Shown: one piece after another, positions 52,547 through 63,790 of the stretch | Layout of the letters: the number at the start of each line of letters is the position of its first letter | Numbering within the stretch: position 1 is the first letter of the stretch | NCBI RefSeq assembly: GCF_021028975.2 | Contig: NC_059439.1 | Span: 25,978,001 to 26,042,000 of the forward strand | DNA: 64,000 nucleotides | Direction of reading: 5' to 3' | Origin: Sphaerodactylus townsendi | Taxonomy: Eukaryota | Notes under the pieces: generated by a model | Told to the model about the DNA's origin: nothing | Seen by the model: the letters and a program-made list of their open reading frames with translations, nothing else | The model's database searches: none | Made by a program: the position numbers and the translations under genes

Positions 52547-55500
52547 TTACTGGGGCCTGCGCAGGCGCGTCTGCAGTTCAGCCATCATGTTGGGGTGCAT
52601 AGGTCCAAACCTGGAAAGTCAAAGAAAAATGGCAGAATGAGATGAAACATATATAGGGTTTGGGCTGTAGCCTTCAATCATTCTGGTTCTGGTTCCGGCT
52701 GCATTCAGAGAAGTAGTTCCTCTAGGGCGAGGTGGGGAGATTATAATAAAAGCCTTTTAAGTTTGAAAAAAATGGAGCATTAATATTTACCCAGCATGTC
52801 TCAGGTTTGGCCTAGGATGTGTTGGTGGCGGAGGCGGAGAGTTCGCCTCTGTGCTGGTCTCCTGCTGTGGAGATGTCTCCATGGGTGGCCTCGGTCTCTT
52901 CAAGCTGGGTGCCCGCCGGACAGAGCTCTTACGGTTGAGCAAGACCCGTTCCTTCTGGGCAGTCATGTCCAGGGAGACCTGTGTCGCAGAAACGGGTCAG
53001 AGGAAAACCAAGTGTTCGGACTCTCATCATCCCTTGCTCCTGGGGGTGTACCACCCAGGGGGACATATGGGGTCAAATGTCCCTGGGCTGCAGCCATTTA
53101 GTCATGTGGGGGGAAATAGCCCACCTCCTCCATCCCTCCGGATCCATTAAAAAAATTATTTGGTTGTGGTCGGGGAAGGTGGCCACCCATGAAGGGGGAG
53201 GGCAAAAAACTCAGATTTTGCCCCAGGCAGATATACAATATAGAAATATGTATAAAACGTTGATTAGAGCAATACATGCAGTGATAGCGTTTGGATGGAA
53301 AGATAAGAAAAAACGGACGATTCAGAAATGGTTGGAATATATATGGGAACAAGTGACATTAGAGAGGAACAAAACAGCGCGTCACACACTGAAGACGGAG
53401 AATCAATATATTCAATGAATGTATTTATGTATATTTTACAATTGTCCAGTTACTGAATCCAATAATTGTACATCCAGTTTTTTCAACAATAAAAGTTCAT
53501 TTTTGAGATATATAATCCATATCTTCAATATATACTGAACAAAAATAGTTCATTTTTTCAATATCTTTAGGATAATTATATTCCATGTAGAAAGTACTTC
53601 CCAAACGAATGAAATAATGAAGATATGGACAAGTTATGAGAATTGGGTGAAGGAGCCGGGAGTCAAAGAAGACATATGGATAAGAAGACAATGCCGAATG
53701 AACTGACTGCTGTTTGGTTAAAGAAAAGTAAAACAGAATATTAGGGGAGGGTGGGAGGGGAAAAAGGGGAAATGTATTGTTTGGAAATTATATCAGAAAG
53801 ATGTAAATAGAATGATTATTTCAAACTATACAATAAAAAATATTTTTTTTAAAAAAAGATTTTGCCCCGGGTTATGTTTTCCCTAGATACGCCCAGTGTT
53901 GGGATTCAGCAGGTTCGAACCACTTCGGCAGAACCGGTTGTTAAAATGGTGCTTGTAAACAACCAGCAGTTAAATTACCGTGTTTCCCTGAAAATAAGAC
54001 AGTGTCTTATATTAATTTTTGCTCCCAAAGATGCCCTATGTCTTATTTTCAGGGGATGTCTTATTTTTCTGTGTTCTGTTCGTCGGGCATGATTCCAAAC
54101 GAAAACTTTGCTACGTCTTACTTTCGGGGGATGCCTGATATTTCGCACTTCAGCAAAACCTCTACTAAGTCTTATTTTCAGGGGATGTCTTATATTCGGG
54201 GAAACAGGGTATTTGAATCCCACCATTGGATATGCCTCTGCTCACTCCTCCCTTTTGATCATAGTTACCTTATCTGGTGAGAGTCCAGCCCCAGCAAAGC
54301 AGCATGTATCGGCAGCAGCTTTGTAGCCCAAGGGTTCGTGCGGCAGGTTCCTCTCAATTTGGCCTGTCTCCTTTGGCTCCTGCCCCTGGACCTCCGGCTC
54401 TTCCACCGCTTCTGCTCCTACCACCTCTTCAAGAACCACGATTCCTACCAAAGCCTCAGGATCTGTCTTCTGGTCCTTCTCCAGCTCTGCCTCTCCCATT
54501 TGCACCTCCTGCTCTTCTTCTTCTTCAGTCTTCGCTTCATTTCTCACAAGCCCCTCTGGCTTCCTACACTGGTGTCCCTCTCCCTTTTCAGCCCCCTCCA
54601 GCCCTTGCTGCTGACTCTCTAGATGCTCTTCTAAAGTCACAGTCTCCTCTGGCTCCCACTGAAGATTCCTCCCTTTCTCTGCTTTCACTTCTTGTCCTCC
54701 CTGCTGGTCTCCTCTAATCTCTACACCACCCAGCATGGTTTGATGAGCCCTTTCATCTCCAGTTTTGACATCTGGCTCCCTTTGCCGAAAATGTTCTGCC
54801 TCTGACCCTCCTTCAAGTGGCCCCTCAGCCTCCAATGACTGGTCCTCCACCATCATGGCCACCTCCTGTTCAGATCTCCCAGCCCATGCTGTTCCATCTC
54901 CCCTCTGCTCTTCCCCACCTGCTGCTTCTTGCTCTGGCTCCCACTGAGAGTTGCTTCCGGTCTCTGCTTCTCCTTCTGGCCCTCCCTGCTCCTCTCCTCC
55001 ACTCTCAGCACTTTCTGGCTGAACCCTTTCATCTCCTGCCTCAATATCTGGCTCCTCCTGCTGATCGCCTTCCATGTTTGCCCCTCTGACAAGTTGACCA
55101 CCAGGCTCTGATCGAAGGTCCTCTGCCATCTTGGCCACCTCGTGTTGAAATCTCCCTGGCCATGTTGCTCCATTCAATCCCCTTTGCTCTTCCTTGTCAG
55201 ATTCTGCCCTACTTGGTTCCTCTTGCTCATCTCCCTCCTCCTCCTGCTGCTGAGTCTCCTCATTTCTCTCAAATATCTCTGGCTCCCTTGGCTGGGGCTC
55301 CTCCATCTCAGCCTCTTCTTGCCCTCTCGGTTGGCCATCTCCTGTCTTTGTGACCTCCTTTGGATCTTCCTCCTGCACTTTCACCATTTCTTCTGGCTCC
55401 CACCGAGGGCTGCGTCCAACCTCTGCTTCACCTTCTGGCCCTTCCTGCTGATCTCCTCTACACTCAGCACTGTCTGGCACTACTGGCTGAACCCCTTCTT

Positions 55501-58085
55501 CTCCTGGCTCTATATCTGGCTCCTCCTGCTGATTGCCTTCCATGGTTGCCCCTCCAACAAGTTGACCACCAGGCTCTGATCGCAGGTCCTCTGCCATCTT
55601 GGCCATCTCATGTTGAAATCTCCCTGGCCATGCTGCTCCGTTCAATCCCCTTTGCTCTTCCATGTCAGATTCTGCCCTACCTGGTTCCTCTTGCTCATCT
55701 CCCTCCTCCTCCTCCTGCTGAGTCTCCTCATTCCTCTCAAATATCTCTAGCTCCCTTGGCTGGGGCTCCTCCATCTCAGCCTCTTCCAGCCCTCTCTGCT
55801 GGTCATCTCCTTCCTTTGCGACCTCCTTTGGATCTTCCTTCTGTACTTCCAAGGTCACCATTTCTTCTGGCTCCCACTGAGGGCTGCGTCCAACCTCTGC
55901 TTCTCCTTCTGGCCCTTCCTGCTGATCTCCTCTACACTCAGCATTGTCTGGCACTGCTGGCTGAACCCCTTCTTCTCCTGGCTCTACATCTGGCTCCTCC
56001 TGCTGATCACCTTCCATGGTTGCCCCTCCTGTAAGTTGCCTGTCAGGCTCTGATTGAAGGTCCTCCGCCATCTTGGCCACCTCATGTTGAAATCTTCCTG
56101 GCCACACTCCATTCAATCCCCTTTGCTCTTCCCCGTCAGATTCTACCCCACCTGGCTTCTCTTGGTCATCTTCCTCCTTTCCCTCTTTCTGCAGAGTGCT
56201 TTCGGCCTCTCCTGCCCTTCCTAATTCCTCACGTTCTTGCCCTCCAGCCAATAGCTTCTCTGGTTTCCAGTCGTTCTTGTCTGACATTGCTTCTTCCAAT
56301 TCTAGCCGACCTGCCCCCATTCTGGTGGGACTCCCTAATTCCCACTGCTGGATCTCTTCAGTCATAGTGAGCCCTTCCAAGTCTCTGAGCAGTTCACTTC
56401 CAGTTGTGGAGGATCTTAGCTTTGGGGCACCAGGCAGCAATTTAGGAGGTTCTGTGGGAAATAAATGAGGAGAGCAAAGTAAAGTAGATTTTGGTCTCCT
56501 CCTCTCCTCTCCCCCCACATATCCCAGAACCTGAAGATCTGAGTTACTTTCACCTCTCCATGAAACATGTGAAAGTTACACTGTTGGATTCCTAAATTTC
56601 TTAAACTGTTGATAAAGTAAACGGATTCGTTTGTTCAGTTTCAGACATTCTTTGTCGAACCAAGGGACACCCCTTGTATTACCAAGAGACCTATGTTTAG
56701 CAGACTTCATAAGATGGTCTGCAATATACCGTACTTAATCATCAATTCAAAATTGCCAATTGTCTCATAGGGAGAAGCTGCATTCAAGGTGGCCCTTGAA
56801 AGAAAGCCTAATTGATATGATTTAATTAACTCATTGATGACAGAAGCCAGGTGTGATGACCAGTAGAATGTGGGTAAACTTTCCTTGATTGTATCAGTAG
56901 GAGCATCCGTCATCACATCCTTATACAGAACGAGATTGAGTGAAAGGTGATCCCCCAATAAAAACATGTGGAAGTAAGGATCCAAACTCTTCCCCTCGCT
57001 TTCCAGTAAAGATGTATTTCTCTCCACTCCCTTAAACTGAGGCTGTTCGAGCTGCAGAAAAAGTCCCTGGCATGTATGACGATCCCAGATAGAGGTGGAT
57101 CTCTGTTCACATATACAGTGCTTTATCCTCTCCACTGAATAACCACAGCACTCTCCACAAATCAGGAGATAGTGGTTATTAACAGGTCAGTTAGCAATCT
57201 AACCCATGTGACTTCCGCGCATTCTAAAATTTTCCATGACCTGAGAACTTCCAGCCAACATCTTCCTGTTCCTCATCTTTGCACGATAATTCAGAAGTTC
57301 CAACAATGGCCCCTGTAGGCTGAACACAACTGAAGACTTTTCCTGATGCTTCCTGAATCTCCTTACTGGGTGGGATTATCTGGAAAAGAACGGCCTTCGT
57401 CAAGGCAGAGTTGGAACACAAATAGATCCTGTGCTAATCTCATCCTTCCAGCACCTACCTCGGCGATGGGTGATTTTTCAAAGGCCTCCAGATTTCCCCT
57501 TGGAGAAATATCCCTGCAAAGAGGAGGGAAAAGGGGGTAAGGATTATTCCAACTACAAGTGTCTTGGAGAAATATCCCTGCAAAGAGGAGGAAAAAGAGG
57601 GTAAAGATTATTCCAACTACAAGTGTCTTGGAGAAATATCCCTGCAAAGAGGAGGAAAAAGAGGGTAAAGATTATTCCAACTACAAGATGAGACTACAGC
57701 TCTGGGCCCCAGGAAAACCTCCAGGATAAAGAATAAACACAGGCCACAGGTCCTGGTTACCCATAGGGTGCTGTCTCCGGTTCATCATCGTGGTGGCTTC
57801 TACAAGGCTCTGTCTCCTTTGGGCTTCCTGACCCATCTGCCCTCGGATGAGCGTCATCTCCAAGGAGGTAGGTGGTGAAGATGGAAATGTAATCCTGAAG
57901 ACGGAAGGAGGACGAAACACAAACAATAAACACAGATCATCCAGTTTGATAGTCAGGCAGCCCCTTCTTTGAAAAATAGACCAAAACACCAGGGGTCCTG
58001 GATCCCACCCAAGCTCGGTGGATAGCAGGGTGTCACTGACCACCGCCCGCTGAAGGGTCCCCAGCAGCCGCTGAAAGAGATCCAT
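52547..58085 (-). CDS. APOBR: Apolipoprotein B receptor orthologue, about 935 aa
   Basis: Exons 58041-58085 (MDLFQRLLGTLQRAV), 57761-57894 (DYISIFTTYLLGD vs human DSLGTFVSYLLGD), 57459-57513, 57241-57379, 54269-56451 (Glu-rich), 52791-52978 (LDMTAQKERVLLNRKSSVRR vs LDVSVPRSRVHLSRSSSQRR), 52547-52610 (GFGPMHPNMMAELQTRLRRPQ vs GFGLAHPGMMQELQARLGRPKPQ). Total 2808 nt, phases consistent; lies between IL27 and CLN3. The two small internal exons are less certain. Confidence 0.88.
53040..54240. mobile_element. Nested TE cluster (DNA element hosting an L1-like fragment and an hAT that hosts a Tigger-like element)
   Basis: L1-like piece at about 53229-53857 flanked by AGATTTTGCCCC; hAT 53894-54228 with TSD GATAyGCC; TA-flanked Tigger-like element 53978-54209 inside it. 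Confidence 0.7.
54560..56180 (-). repeat. Coding tandem repeat in APOBR, about 470-nt unit, three good copies plus one degenerate
   Basis: Anchor TGTTGAAATC at 55143, 55611 and 56085 (spacing 468 and 474 nt); protein motif WPGRFQHE[VM]AKMAEDL. Confidence 0.9.
56560..57140 (-). mobile_element. Decayed LINE ORF2 fragment in an APOBR intron
   Basis: Minus-strand VPWFDKECLKL motif (post-endonuclease linker), with frameshifts. Confidence 0.45.
57500..57687. repeat. 63-64-bp tandem triplication spanning an APOBR splice acceptor
   Basis: CTTGGAGAAATATCCCTGCAAAGAGGAGG...CCAACTACAAG at 57500, 57563 and 57627. Confidence 0.9.
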
Positions 58086-58413
58086 CGATCGTCTAGGTCA
58101 GGTGGAGAGGAGCGGCTTCCCCTTTCTCCTCGGCGAGGGAAGTAAATGCTGTGAAAGCTTGTGACCACATCCTCTGCCTCGGGCTCGCTGCCTTGGACAG
58201 TTCTGCTAGGGTTTTGTGTAACTGCAAGCAATTGCACCAAAAATAGTAAGCGTCTGGATAGTTGGTGGCAACTTCTGGTCCAGAGTATGTGTGCAAGCTA
58301 GGGATGCCGGCCTCTAGGTGGGATCTGGGGATTCCCCAGAATTACAGGTCATTTCCAGGTGATAGATCATTTCCTCTGGAGAAAATGGAAGCTTGGATGT
58401 GTAGACTCTATAG

Positions 58414-58745
58414 CAGTGTTTCCCAACCTTTTTGAGGTCAGGGTACCCTTGACCTCACTCTTCATATCTCACGGTACCCCTGCTGCCACCCTCCACCTTC
58501 CCCTCCCATTGCCCCTGCTTGCCACACCCCCCACCTTCCCCTCCAAGGGTGAAGGGAAGCACTGGGGGGGGGGTGGCTGCTGACCTTGTGGCAGGCCCTG
58601 CCCCATGGGCCAGCTCCATGCCCTTGCTGATGCCAGTGGGAGACACCACAAAAATGAGGGGTGGTGGTGGTAGTGTTGCTGCGGTACTCCTGGGACATGC
58701 TCACGGCACCCCAGAGTACCACGGTACCCTGGTTGAGAATGGCTA
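58414..58745. mobile_element. hAT non-autonomous element inserted in an older repeat
   Basis: CAGTGTTTCCCAACC / GGTTGAGAATGGCTA termini with exact TSD CTCTATAG. Confidence 0.7.
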
Positions 58746-59235
58746 CTCTATAGCATTGTACCCACTGAGGTCTCTGTCTGCTCTAAGTGAGAACACGTCA
58801 CCACAGTGAAACCGCAACCAACCTTGGGAAAATTCAGAACAGCCCTCATCTTTGTTACAAACAGGGCAAACGCTCCCAGAAGCAGATTCATCACACTGTG
58901 TTTCCTGGGAGGAACGAGCAAAGCGCAACACCCGTTTCCTCCGGCTTTGGAGGACAGCAGCCGCAAAGTCAGGAAGTTCTGCGAAATCTGTGCTCGAAGT
59001 AAACATTTCAAAAGTGACATCATGAAAAGAACAAACCCTTTTCGGTACTTTAAGGAAAGGCTTCTTAATCGAGCTACTCGTTTTCAAGCAATTCTTCCAG
59101 GATTGTTACCCTTGAAGCGCCAGGAATTTCGAGGGTCTGTGGAATAATCTATTGGCAAGTGTACAGGTTGAGTAGGCGGCGAGCAGGCAGGCAGGCTTGC
59201 TCGGCAGGTTGTGACTATTCAGCTCTTGCTGCCCT

Positions 59236-60007
59236 TGTTACCGCGCTGCTCAGGATAACACTTTCCGTCCCAGAGGTATCCCGCTCTCGGCAGCGCAGCC
59301 TTATGGAACCTAAGCAAGACCCGACTGGGCAAGGGCTCGGATAAATAAAAGTGATTTATTGAGATGCTGACCTAAGTGTCAGCACCTCCCTTCCGCACAA
59401 CAACTGCGCTGCCTAGCAGCCTTACACCCTCTTAAATACATTTCCTTCCCCCGGGAGCCCGGGAGAACTCAAGACAGCCCACCACCATTCATTAACAAAA
59501 TCCAAAGTAGCCAATCATTACATCTGTAACACATGTAAGGAACCAATCATGGGTCCTATAGGGCATCCCCTTCTCGAAGTTTCAAGCGCCAAAAGAGCAG
59601 GGCGAAGGCGATGGACGTATTCACTGACGGGGAAACACAAAGGTTTTCCCCAGGTTGTCCGGAGGTCAGGAAGCAGAGAGTGATGACGTGAGTTCCCCTT
59701 ATCTGCCTGCTGGACGAGATTAGGTAGGGCAAGGCGAACTTCGACTGGAGGTTTCCCTTTGTCCTGCGTGTATCAGGGAACTTTACACGTGAATGGGATG
59801 TGGGTCCGGGTGCCAGATGCTGGAGATGGCTCTCTGCCTTGGGCCAAGGAGGTTCCATACAGTCACAAGTACAGGGAAACATACAAATCCTATTTCTACC
59901 TAATACAATCAGTTCCTACCTAGCTAATACAAAAACAGAACAACCTTTCCAATTGTTTTAGTTCAGATACAGTCCAGGAGCGGGATTCTCTCCTGGCTCC
60001 GCTATCA
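59236..60007 (-). mobile_element. Solo LTR (ERV1- or Gypsy-type)
   Basis: TG...CA ends, 4-bp TSD CCCT on both sides; on the minus strand CCAAT boxes (about 59511, 59543), TATA-like TATTTAAG (about 59431-59438) and AATAAA (about 59355); CpG-rich. Confidence 0.7.
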
Positions 60008-61233
60008 CCCTGATCAAAACCAGGTTTTAGCACCGGTTGGGCTGCAACCAGGGACTGACTGCTTCCACACAGGGATTCATCCCAGCCTGGGCAGTGGGAA
60101 GCCCTTGCAGTAAACAGAGGCATCTCAATGATATTATGCCCACTGTGTGCATGATGTGTTTGGCTCCTTTCCCCCTCTCTGAGGTAAAGAAAACGAAATG
60201 TCCTTTTTGTTTCTTACTCAAAAGGGGAAACTGCAGGGTGGCTGCAGGCCCAGCCGCAGCTATGTGGCCATTCCAACCACAGCCACTGGGGGGAGGGGGC
60301 GGTGTTAAGCTCCCCTTTGAAAACAGCATTTGGCAGCTTGCTGTCCGCTTCTGCATGCATTAGCACCATCAGCAAGCCAAAGAATTGCTCCGAAGGACTG
60401 CTTTTGAGTGATTTTTAAAGCAATCAGAGCATCTGGCTCCCTTAGTTCTGCCTCAAATTACTCCCCCACCCCCGCCAAAAGAGCTGCTCCATTTAGCATC
60501 AAAACCAAGCATGGTTGTTGTTGTTGTTGTTGTTTTAAAAAAACAACCTCATTTCCTAATTGTCCACTTTCTGGGATCTTCCCTGCTTTGATTGGTTCTT
60601 TCCTGAACATGGTTTGAAACAATTTTTTGCCACGGTGTGGTGGACAGGAAGGTGCACATTTTAAGGTTCCAGGGGTCAGTGGGGAAGTGAGTTGTTTTGT
60701 TTCCGACAGGGTGGGAGGAGCGCGCCGAAGAATGTTGTTGCTCTGACTGATGTAACATCGCTTCTGGGGTAAACCAAGAAGAAACATCATTGTGCTGATG
60801 CAACGCTCAAGGATTCACCGGTAAACATATTTAAAGCAGACTGATGTGAAATTGAGATGGCCAGCTGAGCAAAAGTTACCAAGGGTCTTAAAAAAAACAC
60901 AGCAGTTGCTCACGATCATTTGACACATTCAAAGGAGCAGCAGTGGCGTAGGAGGTTCAGAGCTCATGTATCTAATCTGGAGAAACCGGGTTTGATTCCC
61001 AGCTCTGCTGCCTGAGCTGTGGAGGCTTATCTGGGGAATTCAGATTAGCCTGTACACTCCCACACATGCCAGCTGGGTGACCTTGGGCTAGTCACAGCTT
61101 TTGGGAGCTCTCCCAGCCCCACCTACCTCACAGGGTGTTTATTGTGAGTGGGGAAGGGCAAGGAAATTGTAAGCCCCTTTGAGTCTCTTGCAGGAGAGAA
61201 AGGGGGGATATAAATCCACACTACTACTACTAC

Positions 61234-61265
<32 letters not shown>

Positions 61266-61614
61266 CTTCTTCTTCTTCTTCTTCTTCGTCTTCATGTAAT
61301 TACTTTACTACGGTTGCCAACCTCCAGATGGTAGGCTGGAGATGTTCCGCCATTACATCTGGTCTCCAGATGATGAACACTTCACCTGGAGAAGCTGGCT
61401 GCTTTGCAAAATGGACTCTATGCTATCATCATATCCCATTGAAGTCCCTCCCCAAACCTTGCCTTCCTTAAGCTCCACCTCAAAAATCTCCAGGTATTTG
61501 TCAACCCAGAGGTGGCAACCTACTTTCAGATCCTACATTGCAGATCCACACAAGTTTACTGCAGTAAGGAAACCATTTTAACTGAGGGCAAAGCTAGCCC
61601 TAGTGTGCTAAGCG

Positions 61615-61858
61615 ATCAGCTAGAGCGCGCGTGCGCTCTCCTCTGTGCGTTCGCTCTTTTGTCCCGGGGAATGTGATTACAGTGACGCACAAGGGCGGGC
61701 ACCGGGAGCAGGAACCGGCAACAAACCAGGAAGCAGAATCAGAGCGTTCCTTGATTGGACACTCAAGCTCACGTGACTCCAGTTTCAGGAATCAGCTTCT
61801 GACATCTGTGGCTTTTTGGATTCAGAGGAGCAATAATATTCGGGGGTGTTTCTTGAAG
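61615..61858 (+). promoter_or_regulatory. CLN3 promoter and non-coding first exon with a CLEAR/E-box
   Basis: NRF1-like GCGCGTGCGC (about 61626), ETS CAGGAAG, ATTGG at 61754, TCACGTGAC at 61769-61777; donor at 61859, acceptor at 61987-61988. Confidence 0.65.
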
Positions 61859-62022
61859 GTACGGAACAAGCCTCGGGGAATGAATGAATGATTTGTGCGT
61901 GTGTGATTATCCAGATTGTGAGAATGAGCGTGGTTATGAAATATGGAGGGAAAACTACTTCTCTCCCCCACCCCGCTATGTTTCCTAGGTTTGTTGTAGA
62001 CAGCCCCCTACTCCTTTCTGCC

Positions 62023-63790
62023 ATGGGGACCACCGGACGTGAATGGCAGATCCTCACTGCTGACTCGGAGGGTGAGTCTCTGCTCTGGTCTTGCTCTGGT
62101 CTCCAATTTTCTCCCCAAACTCTCTTTTCTTTTTCCTAACTCTGACTTTCTTTGTCCTGCACCGCTCGCCCCCCACCCCCCAAAGAGGAAGATGAAGATG
62201 AATCTTCTCTTGAGGAGGCTGAGGCCACTGTGGATGCCCGTAAGAAGTGGAGAAACAACGCAGGCTTTTGGTAGGGTATTTTTGTTTTATTTGCTTCAAA
62301 GTGCACAAGCAGATGTTCCAGCTGCCCTTTCCCCTTCTCAGTTGCCTCCTTCCTCACACAAGTGACAACTTGTTTTTTTCCCCTCAGATCTCTTATTTTC
62401 TAGGCATTAGCACATCCAATTTGTCTGTGTGCAAGCTTGCAGCTACTGCTAGGGTAGGTGGGGGGCACATTTTCATGCCTTTGCGTAGAAGCAAATGTGG
62501 CTACTGCAGGGCTTTGGGAATCAGATTCCGGATTCTGATCCTGCCTCCTTTGTTGGTTTCCTCTCCCACTGACCAGTCTGCTTTACCCACACAGGCTTCT
62601 GGGCCTCTGCAACAACTTTGCCTACGTGGTAATGCTGAGTGCAGCCCATGACATTCTCAGCCATCAAAAAGTCCCCAGTGGCAACGGGACCATATCGGTG
62701 GGTGTGCCAAGGAGAGGAGGTGTATGTTTGCGTCAACCTGCAGAACAGGGCAAAGAAAAGAAATAATGAACGTGTGCTTATTTGTGCGTGAGAGGCATGT
62801 GGAAAATGAGTGTGGAAAAACATCAGCATGCAAGATGCAGGAAAGATGCGCAGGCAAATGCATGTGTCAAGGTCTGGGAGACCTGTGGGTGTGTATGCAC
62901 TGAGCATGGGCAAGGGGAAGACTGTACTGTAGCCAATTCTGCATTGGGAAATCCCTAGAGATTTGGAGGAGGAGTTTGGGGAGGGCAAAACCAGACCTTA
63001 ACAGGCATACTGCTGTAGATCCCTCTATCCAAAGGAGCCATTTTCTTAATGGGAGCAGATCCTTGCAATCTGGAGGGGCCACAGCTCAGTGGTACAATAT
63101 GTGGGGGTACCATAATCTTTTCAGTGCTTAGGGCCTCTAAAGGTCTTAATCCAGCCCTGTAAGGTGGTTTCTTAGGGCTGTTTCTGGTGGAGAAGATAGC
63201 ATTGGCGGATGGGAGGCTAACACACCTTCTTCTTGAGAGCCGGTGTGGTGCGGTGGTTGAGAGTAGTGGATTCTAATCTGGAGAACTGGGTTTGATTCCT
63301 CATCAAAGAAGAAGAACAGTTTGGTTTTATACCCCACCTTTCTCTCCTGTAAGGAGACTCAAAGGGGCTTACAATCTCTTTTCCCTCCTCCCCCCACAAC
63401 AAACACCCTGTGAGGTAGGTGGGGCTGAGAGCTCAGAAGAACTAGCCCAAGGTCACCCAGCTGGCATGTGTTGGAGTGCACAAGCTAACCTGGTTCACCA
63501 GATAAGCCTCCACAGGTCAAGTGGCAGAGCAGGGAATCAAACCTGGTTCTCCAGATTAGAATACACCTGCTCTTAACCACTACAATGGTTAAGAGCAAGT
63601 GTAGTGGTTAAGAGCAGGTGTATGTGGTTAAGAGCACTTCCATGCTGGAAGAGAAGGTGGGCAGCATTCTTATGTCCTGTATCTAACCGCTAGTCTCCTG
63701 TCCTGATTTCTCACTCAGACTCCCCTCAGCACCAATCCAGGGAACGTCTCTAATACCTCTCGCTATGACTGCAACATGATCTCAACAGGG
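62023..63790 (+). CDS. CLN3: CLN3 (battenin), 5' part; continues beyond the window
   Basis: Exons 62023-62071 ([16 protein letters not shown]), 62186-62270 (...KWRNNAGFW), 62595-62697 ([23 protein letters not shown]), 63719-63790 (...[11 protein letters not shown]). Matches human [31 protein letters not shown] and SRFDCNSVST; luminal sequons NGT and NVS/NTS retained. Confidence 0.96.

Noticed and set aside
54277-56034. Plus-strand Leu/Pro-rich ORFs
   Set aside because: Antisense shadows of the Glu-rich APOBR exon.
56452-56518. Start of the 758-aa ORF as a single-exon gene
   Set aside because: Non-ATG start inside a pyrimidine tract; the true acceptor is at 56452-56453 and upstream APOBR exons join in frame.
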